Below, one piece after another: positions 27,146 through 33,752 of a DNA stretch of 33,752 nt. Numbering within the stretch: position 1 is the first letter of the stretch; the number at the start of each line of letters is the position of its first letter. Under the pieces are notes generated by a model. That model had not been told where the DNA came from, did not search any database, and was given only the letters and a program-made list of their open reading frames with translations. Made by a program: the position numbers and the translations under genes. Where the stretch lies: assembly GCA_964576065.1 (NCBI GenBank), contig CAZNTW010000003.1, positions 1 to 33,752 of the forward strand, given 5' to 3'. Origin of the DNA: an uncultured Gammaproteobacteria bacterium (GTDB taxonomy: Bacteria > Patescibacteriota > Patescibacteriia > UBA2591 > UBA6264).

Positions 27146-28558
27146 ATGAAAAAAAATATCTCTTTAAAAATCAAATTAATCTCCTTAAGTCTAATACTTC
27201 TATCTTGTTTATTGCAGTCAAAAATTGTCTTAGCTAAAAACGGTGATTTTGATCACGAATATATTATTTCCGACTATCAGCTCACTGATTATGAAAGCAT
27301 GACTGCTAAAGAAATCCAATCGTTTTTGGAAAAAAACGGCGGCGCAATAAAAAACTACTTAACAGATGATGTTGATGGGCGAGAAAAGTCAGCGGCAGAA
27401 ATAATATATCGCGCCGGCCAAGAATATAAAATCAATCCAAAAATTCTAATCACACTCCTGCAAAGAGAGAAAGGATTAATTACCAAGAAAAACCCCAGTC
27501 AAGACGATTATAATTGGGCGACTGGATTTAGTTGTTATGATTATGCCCCGATTGTTAAGAAATTCAGAGGGTTTGCCAGACAAGTTGACCGAGCGGCTTG
27601 GCGTTTTTGTTATTATTTGGAACATCCTTGGCAATTTCAGTTTAAATCAGGAGCAAAAACAAAAACATTGTCCAATTCAAAAGATAGCTGGTTAATAAAA
27701 GATTTTGGACGATTTGTTGCGCCAAAAAATGCCGCTACCGCCAATCTTTATAATTACGCGCCACACCTTTTTGACAACTGGCTTTTTTGGAGTATTTGGC
27801 AAAATTGGTTTGGACAACAGGATCAAAAATTTCCCGAAGGAACTTTAATAAGGGTAAAAAACGAAAAAGGAGTCTGGTTGATTCAAAATGGACAGCGTCA
27901 CCCTTTTCTCTCAAAAAATATTTTTTTATTGAATTATAAATTTGAAGACGTTAAAGATATTGAAAAAAATGATTTATTAAATTATGAAATTGGCGAACCG
28001 GTAAATTTTCCAAACTATTCCTTGGTTCAGGATGATAATAATCAAATTTATATGCTGGTAGATCAAACCAAAAGACCCGTTTCGGAAAAAATGTTTAAAG
28101 CTATTGGTTATAACTCCGAAGAAATTATTAAAGTTGAACAAGCGGATTTAATTTACTATATTGACGGAAATTCAATTACTTCTCCGTATCCCAGCGGCGC
28201 GTTATTGCAAGACAAAACATCAAAAGGCGTTTACTATGTCAAAGAAAATAAAAAATATCCCATTATTTGTTCTGAAATACTAAACGCTAACTTTCCATAT
28301 AACTACATCATAAAAACGGAAACGGAAGAGTTGAATAAGTTTGAAAGTGGCGAACCGGTTAAATTTAAAGACGGAATACTGATAAAAACCCATGGCAGTC
28401 CAACTGTTTATTTAATAAGCGAGGGGAAAAGATTGCCGATTAACTCCGCAGAAACCTTTGATGCCTTAGGATACCAATGGGATAGTATTATTACTGTCTC
28501 TAATGAAATATTAAATCTACATTCATTAAGTAATCCCTTAGAAATAACCGCAAATTAA
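27146..28558 (+). CDS. secreted protein: signal peptide, ~190-aa N-terminal domain (possible cell-wall hydrolase-like) and four tandem ~58-aa repeats
   Basis: 470 aa. MKKN..LLSCLLQSKIVLA signal. SAAEIIYRAGQEYKINPKILITLLQREKGL segment. Four repeats of the pattern G.L[IV]......[VI][WY]L[IV]..G.[RK].P[FVI].S..F...GY......V......Y..G.P[VI] from about nt 27800. Confidence 0.6.
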   Translation: MKKNISLKIKLISLSLILLSCLLQSKIVLAKNGDFDHEYIISDYQLTDYESMTAKEIQSFLEKNGGAIKNYLTDDVDGREKSAAEIIYRAGQEYKINPKILITLLQREKGLITKKNPSQDDYNWATGFSCYDYAPIVKKFRGFARQVDRAAWRFCYYLEHPWQFQFKSGAKTKTLSNSKDSWLIKDFGRFVAPKNAATANLYNYAPHLFDNWLFWSIWQNWFGQQDQKFPEGTLIRVKNEKGVWLIQNGQRHPFLSKNIFLLNYKFEDVKDIEKNDLLNYEIGEPVNFPNYSLVQDDNNQIYMLVDQTKRPVSEKMFKAIGYNSEEIIKVEQADLIYYIDGNSITSPYPSGALLQDKTSKGVYYVKENKKYPIICSEILNANFPYNYIIKTETEELNKFESGEPVKFKDGILIKTHGSPTVYLISEGKRLPINSAETFDALGYQWDSIITVSNEILNLHSLSNPLEITAN

Positions 28559-28563
28559 TAAAT

Positions 28564-29346
28564 ATGATTTGTTTTGCCTCAATTGTCTCCTCTTCCCCAT
28601 TATTGATTCCGACCATAAATCAGGAAAATATTTTACAAATTCAAGAAACTATTCACGCTTTGGAAAAAATCGCTATTTTGGCGGCAGAAACTGACCCGGA
28701 AACATTAATAATAATTTCTCTTAATGACGAAAATTCTGAAAATATGTTTTCCATAAATTTATCCGAGGAATACTTGGCTGATTTCAAGAACTTTGGAGAC
28801 CTGATAACTAAAATGAAATTTAAAAGTGATGCCGAGCTGATTTATAAAATAAAAGAAAGATTTGAAAATCTTTCTTCTCCATTATCAACCATCATAACGA
28901 CTGAACCGAATTTAAGTATTAATAATTCTGTCCCGCTATATTATTTAAAACAAAAAATACAAAAATTTTCCCTTATTCCTATTAATTGTTCGTCGGCTGA
29001 TCAAAAAACTCATTTGTTATTTGGTCAAAACTTGAAAGAAGAAATAAGTTCAAGCAATAAACGAGTGGCAATTATCGCCTGCCATAAACTTTTACTTAAA
29101 AAAGAAGCAAGCGACAATAAAAATATTGAAGAATCGCTAATAAATTTAATTAAAAAGAAAAATATTGCCAAACTAATAAAACAAGATGTCTACGATTTGA
29201 GGCCCATTTTAGTCTTTTTGGGAATTATTCATAATTTAAAAAGTAAACCAAAAATTCTTTCTTGGCAAAAATTATCTGACTTTGGTTATTTAACAATCAA
29301 TTTTGATCTTAATTTTAAAAAACAAAAATTTATTAAGGTCGCTTAA
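28564..29346 (+). CDS. class III extradiol dioxygenase (LigB/Memo-fold)-like protein, apparently lacking metal-ligand histidines
   Basis: 260 aa. The N-terminus MICFASIVSSSPLLIPTI...ETLIIISLND resembles the M..FA.I.PH.P.LIP...IIISPHG pattern I recall for this family, with His positions replaced. This is from memory and not verified. Confidence 0.45.
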   Translation: MICFASIVSSSPLLIPTINQENILQIQETIHALEKIAILAAETDPETLIIISLNDENSENMFSINLSEEYLADFKNFGDLITKMKFKSDAELIYKIKERFENLSSPLSTIITTEPNLSINNSVPLYYLKQKIQKFSLIPINCSSADQKTHLLFGQNLKEEISSSNKRVAIIACHKLLLKKEASDNKNIEESLINLIKKKNIAKLIKQDVYDLRPILVFLGIIHNLKSKPKILSWQKLSDFGYLTINFDLNFKKQKFIKVA

Positions 29347-29386
29347 ACGTCAATATATAAAATATATAATTAATATTATTTAATTT

Positions 29387-29941
29387 ATGACTATTTATTT
29401 GTGGATCGTTATTATTGTCGCTATTGTGATTTTGTGGCTTATTGGAAGCTATAATTCTTTAATTCGTTGGCGCAATCGCGTCAAAGAATCGTGGTCGGAC
29501 ATAGAAGTGCAATTAAAACGTCGTTATGACTTGATTCCAAATCTGCTTAATTCAGTTAAGGGGTACGCTGCTCACGAAAAAGACATTTTTATTAAAGTAA
29601 CCGAGGCTAGAACCAAAGCTATGGACGCGGCTTCGCCCGAAGAAAAATCTAAAGCGGAAAATGGTTTAACTGAAACATTAAAAACGTTATTTGCTGTGGC
29701 GGAAAATTATCCGCAATTGCGGGCTTCAGAAAATTTTAAAGCCCTGCAAGATGAGCTTACTGACACGGAAAATAAAATTCAGGCCTCCCGACGTTTTTAT
29801 AACGGCAATGTTCGAGATTTTAACACCAAGCAAGAAATTTTTCCGATTAATATGATTGTTGGACTTTTGGGTTTTAAAAAGGCGGAGTTTTTCCAACTAG
29901 AAGAAGAAACAGCCAAACAAACGCCCGAAATTAAATTTTAA
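29387..29941 (+). CDS. lemA: LemA family protein
   Basis: 184 aa. N-terminal TM helix, YNSLIRWRNRVKESWSDIEVQLKRRYDLIPNL, ENYPQLRASENF, RRFYNGNVRDFN. Confidence 0.85.
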   Translation: MTIYLWIVIIVAIVILWLIGSYNSLIRWRNRVKESWSDIEVQLKRRYDLIPNLLNSVKGYAAHEKDIFIKVTEARTKAMDAASPEEKSKAENGLTETLKTLFAVAENYPQLRASENFKALQDELTDTENKIQASRRFYNGNVRDFNTKQEIFPINMIVGLLGFKKAEFFQLEEETAKQTPEIKF

Positions 29942-29956
29942 TCTATTATTATCCCC

Positions 29957-29995
29957 AAAAACAAAATGAGGGGTTTAGCCTCTCATTTTGTTTTT
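29957..29995. terminator. bidirectional intrinsic terminator between lemA and rbcL
   Basis: 12-bp stem CAAAATGAGGGG / CCTCTCATTTTG with a 5-nt loop, A5 upstream and T5 downstream. Confidence 0.75.
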
Positions 29996-30016
29996 CTTAA
30001 TTTATTTTATTAAAAC

Positions 30017-31273
30017 TTAAACCTTCCAATAATCCAAGGCCTGTTTTAGTTCTTGATGTTTTTGAGCGTAAACTTTTAAGGGAATCTTTTTTATTGTTGC
30101 TTCCACCGCTTGTCTGGCTGCCCTGGCTCCAGCCGCGCTGCCCTGGGGATGACCATGAATACCGCCGCCAAAATTAATAATTACATCTTGTCCTAAAATT
30201 TTCACTAATTTGGAAGTCAAGCCTGGATGCAGTCCACCCGAAGCAATGGGAAAAACCGACTTTAGTCCGCTCCAATTTTCTCTTAGTTTGTTAAACCCTT
30301 CCCAATCTTCTTTTAAAAGTTCATTGATTCCTAAAACTTCTTTTTCACTGCCTTCCATTTTTCCCACTACTGTACCGGTATGCAATTGATCAATTCCGGC
30401 TAATCTTGCTAAATTAGCCAAAACCAGCATTGAAATACCATGCTTTTTGTTTTTCGTAAAAGTTGAATGTCCGGCGCGATGGCCATGAATAATTAGTCCT
30501 AAATTTCGATTTCTTAATGATTGTACCGCGGCCCAGCCAGCGGAAACAATGTCTATCATTACGCAATGTCCACCCATTTTTTTAACAAATTCCGCGCGTT
30601 TTAACATTATTTCAACCGGCGCAGTAACATTAAAAACATAAACTTTTTTTTCTTTAGTTTGTTTTTCAACTTGTTTTTTAAATTTCAAAACCTTGATTAC
30701 TCTATCCTCAAATCGGTTAAAAGATAAATCTGTCAAATTTTCATCATCTTTGATTATATCAACTCCATTAGTAAAAACTTCAGCCGCTAATTTGGCGTTT
30801 TGCTCGGAATTAAGTCCGACTTTCGGTTTCATAATACAACCGACTAACGGCCGATTATATACTCCGAGCATTTTTCTAATTCCGGCAATCCCCCATTTTG
30901 GGCCAGGAAAACCGTTGATATATTTTTGCGGAAATTCAATATCTTCTAATCTTAAATTTTCCACCGCTTTCATGCTGAAAACATTTCCGCCAATGCTTGA
31001 TAAGAGTTGGGGAATATTTTTTGGCTCAAACAAAGCCAAGGGATAAGCTATTTTGAAAACTCCGGTTTTGGAATTAACATAAAAAATTCGCCCGGCCAAT
31101 TTTTCAAAAGTCTTAGGTGATAAAGTCGTTATCTTGGTCCAAGTGCCGATTGATGATTCTTCGGCGACTTTAATTGCCAATTCAGACAATGATAATTTTG
31201 ATTCGCCGTAAAAAACGGCAATGATATCGTTTTTATAATCAGGCTTATAATTTAATCTTAAATAGTTGTTCAT
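30017..31273 (-). CDS. rbcL: ribulose-1,5-bisphosphate carboxylase large subunit, form III or II/III type
   Basis: 418 aa. IMKPKVGL, DIIKDDENL (carbamylated Lys context), IIHGHRAGHS, GGGIHGHPQG. No small-subunit gene. Adjacent to the R15P isomerase gene. Confidence 0.9.
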   Translation of the reverse strand: MNNYLRLNYKPDYKNDIIAVFYGESKLSLSELAIKVAEESSIGTWTKITTLSPKTFEKLAGRIFYVNSKTGVFKIAYPLALFEPKNIPQLLSSIGGNVFSMKAVENLRLEDIEFPQKYINGFPGPKWGIAGIRKMLGVYNRPLVGCIMKPKVGLNSEQNAKLAAEVFTNGVDIIKDDENLTDLSFNRFEDRVIKVLKFKKQVEKQTKEKKVYVFNVTAPVEIMLKRAEFVKKMGGHCVMIDIVSAGWAAVQSLRNRNLGLIIHGHRAGHSTFTKNKKHGISMLVLANLARLAGIDQLHTGTVVGKMEGSEKEVLGINELLKEDWEGFNKLRENWSGLKSVFPIASGGLHPGLTSKLVKILGQDVIINFGGGIHGHPQGSAAGARAARQAVEATIKKIPLKVYAQKHQELKQALDYWKV

Positions 31274-31358
31274 ATATTCTATTAAATTTATTTTTCTTTA
31301 TATTTTCCCATCTAAAACTGCAAGTCAGTCTTCGGCCGAGACCATTGAAATCGTTTTT

Positions 31359-31392
31359 ATGTTCTAATGCTCATATGTTCCAATGTTCCAAT
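31359..31392 (-). repeat. three direct copies of ATTrGAACAT in the e2b2-rbcL spacer (candidate operator or RNA motif)
   Basis: Minus strand reads ATTGGAACATTGGAACATatgagcATTAGAACAT. Copies lie at 31383-31392, 31375-31384 and 31359-31368. A GC-rich hairpin GGTCTCGGCCGAAGAC lies just downstream (about 31328-31345). Confidence 0.35.
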
Positions 31393-31396
31393 AATT

Positions 31397-32320
31397 CTAA
31401 AGGTATGGATACAATTTTTTGGTGTATTTTTTAACATCTTTTGCTTTGATTATTCCCGTCTCGCAAATAATGCCGGTAATATATTCGGCTGGAATTTTAT
31501 CAAAAGCAAAATTAATAACTTTTAATTTTTTTGGCGCTTGCGACCAAATTTCTTTTGATGAACGTTTTTCTATTTTAATCCATGATTTATTATGGAATTT
31601 CAATAAAGGAGCGGCAATATATAAAGGAACTTTTTCTTCATGAGCAATCACGCCAATACCGAAACTGCCTATCTTATTAATAACTGAACCGTCGGATAAA
31701 ATAGCATCGGCTCCTAAAATAATTTTGTCCATTTCTAATTTTTTGCCGGAATAATGGGAAATTAAAAATCCGGCCGAAGAATCGGCAACCATAGTAATCG
31801 GTATTTTCGCTTGAATCATTTTTTTTGAGGTGATTCTGCCCTGAAAAAGAGGCCTGGTTTCGGTATTAAAAACCTTAAAAATAATTTTGTTTTTTTTGGC
31901 TTGAATTAAAATTTGTTCAACCAACCAAGAATGACAATGAGTAAAAATATTATCGTTATTTTTAATCACTTCTTGTCCATTCTTGACTATTAAACCGGTC
32001 GCTTTATTGAGAACGGCTAAAAATTCGGCGCTGATTTCTTTAAGGCATTTCTTGGCTTGCATAACATTCTGCGGTTTTATGTTTCTAAGTCCAAAAAAAA
32101 TGATTTTTACTCCGTTTTGCGCCATTGGTTCGGTCGGCCTGGCTGACAATAAACAATCAGCCGCTTTTCTAACTTGTTTTTGCCATTCCCCTATTTTATT
32201 TTCTTTAATTTCAATACCAAATTTATTTAAAGACAAAACTACTGCTTTAGCTACGGCTGTCGCGCCTTGAATTTTTAATGACTTAATATCTTGAAATGTT
32301 TGTTGAATTATTTTGTTCAT
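31397..32320 (-). CDS. ribose-1,5-bisphosphate isomerase (eIF-2B alpha/beta/delta family, e2b2)
   Basis: 307 aa. IQGATAVAKA N-terminus, THCHS, TETRPLFQG, ILGADAILSDGSVINKIGS typical of the eIF-2B/MtnA/R15Pi family. Assigned to R15P isomerase because of its adjacency to form III RuBisCO. Confidence 0.75.
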   Translation of the reverse strand: MNKIIQQTFQDIKSLKIQGATAVAKAVVLSLNKFGIEIKENKIGEWQKQVRKAADCLLSARPTEPMAQNGVKIIFFGLRNIKPQNVMQAKKCLKEISAEFLAVLNKATGLIVKNGQEVIKNNDNIFTHCHSWLVEQILIQAKKNKIIFKVFNTETRPLFQGRITSKKMIQAKIPITMVADSSAGFLISHYSGKKLEMDKIILGADAILSDGSVINKIGSFGIGVIAHEEKVPLYIAAPLLKFHNKSWIKIEKRSSKEIWSQAPKKLKVINFAFDKIPAEYITGIICETGIIKAKDVKKYTKKLYPYL

Positions 32321-32328
32321 ATACTCTT

Positions 32329-32356
32329 ATTATATAACTTTTGTTTCTATGGTCAA
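32329..32356 (-). promoter_or_regulatory. promoter TTGACC-16-TATAAT, 8 nt upstream of the e2b2 ATG
   Basis: -35 is the complement of 32351-32356, -10 is the complement of 32329-32334, ATG at 32320. Confidence 0.55.
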
Positions 32357-32389
32357 TGCTTTATAAAAAAGTTGTATAAAAAAACCAAA

Positions 32390-32420
32390 AAATTCGTTTA
32401 GGCATAACCTAAACGAATTT
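32390..32420 (-). terminator. strong intrinsic terminator (13-bp stem), mainly minus-strand
   Basis: AAATTCGTTTAGG-CATAA-CCTAAACGAATTT. On the minus strand it is followed by TTTTTTGGTTTTTTT. Confidence 0.7.
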
Positions 32421-32470
32421 ATGATTTAAAAATTCTTTAGTCATCAGTCTTTAATCAAAGTATTCAGTAT

Positions 32471-33108
32471 TTAATTTTCAGTATTTTTAAAAAACATGAC
32501 CGAGAGGCGACCGCCAAGATTATCACTGCTGCTGTCGCGACTGCTGCCGCTAACACTGGCCGCGCCGCCATCGCCCGAGCCGCCCCCACTCAAACACCGG
32601 TCAGTATCTTTGTTGCTAATATCTTTTAAAACACCGGAATACCATTCCCGGGTGTTTGTTTTTGAGTCTTGAGGCTGATAAAGGGTTGTTTTGAGGTTGG
32701 CAATCAAAGCCGGGATGAGAATGACTTTGAACTTGGGAATTGAAAGGTTTTTGTCTTGAAACGCTTTTTTGATTAATTCTTCCGCTTTGGGAATGATTTT
32801 GTTAGTCCAATCATCATGAGTATGCCTGAAACGGTTGGGGTTGGGATTGTCTTTGAATATTTGTTTTAAGATTGATTTTAGCCAATCGTTTTCAGAGTAT
32901 TCTTGAGTTCCATTGTCCCGGGCGTGTTTTCTGACAAAATAAGGCTTTCGGCTTTTACTCCATATTCTTTCAAAATTTTTATTAAATCGTCAATTTTAAT
33001 TTCATTGGAAACCACCAGCCCTAAATCGTAAAGTTCGCCGGGAGAATGTGAAATTCTCTCCAGGGTCATAAAAAATTTTTTAAGTTGTTCTTGTTGTTGA
33101 TTGGTCAT
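32471..33108 (-). pseudogene. frameshifted gene of unknown function with a GC-rich Gly/Ser-rich C-terminal tail
   Basis: Frame A runs from the ATG at 33108 (MTNQQQEQLKKFF...) to the stop at 32878. A second frame is open from about 32990 with no ATG (..FVRKHARDNGTQEYSENDWLKSILKQIFKDNPNPNRFRHTHDDW...) and runs to the stop at 32471. The frames overlap around an A-run near 32925-32935. The tail SGGGSGDGGAASVSGSSRDSSSDNLGG is encoded by a locally ~65% GC stretch. Confidence 0.5.
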
Positions 33109-33156
33109 AATTTTTTTGTAATTTATATTATATAAAAATCTTCTTTTAACTCTTAA

Positions 33157-33183
33157 ATCATAGCAAAAAATAGAAAAAGTCAA
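33157..33183 (-). promoter_or_regulatory. promoter TTGACT-15-TGcTATGAT (extended -10), minus strand
   Basis: -35 is the complement of 33178-33183, and the extended -10 is the complement of 33157-33165. Confidence 0.45.
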
Positions 33184-33201
33184 TAAGCGATAAACAGGCT
33201 C

Positions 33202-33229
33202 TTGATAAACAAGTTTAATCTGTTAAACT
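33202..33229 (+). promoter_or_regulatory. promoter TTGATA-16-TAAACT, 7 nt upstream of the ATG at 33237 (leaderless arrangement)
   Basis: -35 at 33202-33207, -10 at 33224-33229. Divergent from the minus-strand promoter. Confidence 0.45.
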
Positions 33230-33236
33230 TTATGCT

Positions 33237-33704
33237 ATGAGAGACAAAAAAATAAAAATTAATCTAAAAAAAGAAAAAAAACAAATACAAGAAACCTCTA
33301 TCCAACAGGTGGTTAACCATTATTTTCATACCAAGGGATTATCTTTAGACCAAATAAAACAGGACGCTAAAAAACAAAAAATTATCTATTCCCGCTATAC
33401 CAGACCGGCTAAACAACTTTTAGAATTGGCCGGCGGAATAAAACAAGCGAAACAAGCGATTGACCGAGTGGCTGAATGGGCTAAATCGAGAAATCTTGAC
33501 TACGCCATTGAAACCGTATTTAAAAAATGGCTTGAATTGGATAAATTAAAACCCAAAGAAGTGGTTAAAAAACCGTTTTTTCAAGATAATCATATGATTT
33601 GGAGTCAAACTAAAAACAAATGGTTTGTGGTTGGCGATGATGGCGATTGGCTGGAATTTGCCGGCGATGAAAAAGACATAGAATGGCGGATTGATAATAA
33701 ATAA
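33237..33704 (+). CDS. hypothetical protein (basic N-terminus, helical middle, acidic Trp-rich C-terminus)
   Basis: 155-aa ORF followed by an AT-rich palindrome at 33705-33729. No domain recognised. Confidence 0.55.
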   Translation: MRDKKIKINLKKEKKQIQETSIQQVVNHYFHTKGLSLDQIKQDAKKQKIIYSRYTRPAKQLLELAGGIKQAKQAIDRVAEWAKSRNLDYAIETVFKKWLELDKLKPKEVVKKPFFQDNHMIWSQTKNKWFVVGDDGDWLEFAGDEKDIEWRIDNK

Positions 33705-33752
33705 AAGAAAACTTTTTAAAAGTTTTCTTGAATTCATTTGATAAGTTAAAAA

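Noticed and set aside
923-32270. Antisense or shadow ORFs inside larger genes (923..1147-, 1564..1773-, 2333..2614-, 3746..4063-, 5171..5509-, 5612..5815-, 6018..6308-, 6457..6711-, 6841..7023-, 11129..11326+, 13386..13601-, 14209..14442-, 18028..18243+, 19131..19382+, 24811..25005-, 25753..25938-, 25942..26235-, 30693..31046+, 31419..31643+, 31983..32270+)
   Set aside because: Each lies wholly or mostly within a longer ORF that has strong family motifs. Their compositions (Ser/Phe/Ile/Leu/Cys rich) are typical of the reverse complement of K/E/N-rich coding sequence.
32505-32625. GC-rich patch as an independent RNA gene or repeat
   Set aside because: It has no obvious internal complementarity or repetition at the nucleotide level, and it is in frame with the upstream coding sequence as a Gly/Ser/Asp-rich tail ending at a proper stop before a strong terminator.
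33109-33183. ATG at 33183 as the start of the minus-strand ORF (MTFSIFCYDLRV...)
   Set aside because: This ATG overlaps the TTGACT -35 box of the predicted promoter, and the first 25 codons are promoter and leader sequence. The ATG at 33108 (MTNQQQEQ...) is the plausible start.
33705-33729. AT-rich palindrome AAGAAAACTTTT/AAAAGTTTTCTT after the last gene as an intrinsic terminator
   Set aside because: The stem is almost entirely A-T, with essentially no loop as drawn and no following T tract. It may still act as a weak terminator, but the sequence alone does not support a call.
1-33752. Alternative genetic code (UGA as Gly or Trp, as in some CPR lineages or Mycoplasma-like code 4)
   Set aside because: Under the standard code the window yields many long uninterrupted ORFs (869, 759, 629, 573 aa) with no internal TGA, and Trp is encoded by TGG throughout. 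Two ORFs appear to terminate at TGA. The single in-frame TGA (20771-20773) lies in a gene that also carries a frameshift.
1-33752. CRISPR arrays, IS elements, integrases, toxin-antitoxin pairs or recognised defence systems
   Set aside because: No regularly spaced direct repeats were seen, no transposase, integrase or recombinase-like ORFs, and no nuclease, ATPase or methylase combinations typical of defence islands. Every ORF above 150 aa other than 33237..33704 could be assigned at least a tentative fold, and these are housekeeping or envelope families.

Overview
This is an AT-rich (about one-third G+C by eye), tightly packed bacterial chromosomal segment. The gene content points to a Candidate Phyla Radiation / Patescibacteria-type genome, which is an inference from this window only. 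Supporting features are a form III-type RuBisCO next to an eIF-2B-family ribose-1,5-bisphosphate isomerase, a DUF5679-like zinc-ribbon miniprotein, a PilM fusion protein, many envelope glycosyltransferases and M23 peptidases, and very few Shine-Dalgarno sequences.

Recognisable genes:
- Repair and housekeeping: AlkD-like DNA alkylation repair protein, YchF, PolX-PHP, ThpR/LigT, YhiN-like flavoprotein, ClpB, LemA.
- Radical SAM: two PFL-activase-like enzymes, one of AmmeMemoRadiSam type.
- Signalling and pilus: a sensor histidine kinase, a stand-alone receiver, a PilM-PilN-2xSH3b fusion, and an A24 prepilin-peptidase-like protein.
- Envelope: a Dpm1-like GT2 facing a TMTC-like GT-C/TPR membrane protein, a second GT2, two M23 peptidases, and an FtsQ-like protein.
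- Carbon and nucleotide salvage: RuBisCO and R15P isomerase.

No rRNA, tRNA, CRISPR array, transposase or integrase was seen.

Most notable non-standard signals:
1. A GC-rich, multiply self-complementary ~200-nt element sits between the kinase and receiver genes. It looks like an attenuator or riboswitch, class unknown.
2. A ~320-nt apparently non-coding transcription unit at 19.5-19.9 kb has its own promoter and terminator, and contains a 12-bp long-range inverted repeat.
3. Decayed genes cluster at 20.4-24.5 kb: a ZIP transporter, the diadenylate cyclase cdaA, and a geranylgeranyl-reductase-like flavoprotein. A further frameshifted gene lies at 32.5-33.1 kb.
4. Promoters are repeatedly placed so that transcription should start at or next to the ATG, giving leaderless mRNAs.
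5. An ATTrGAACA direct-repeat motif is shared by the rbcL upstream region and the radical SAM upstream region.

All functional calls come from motif recognition by eye. No database search was possible.
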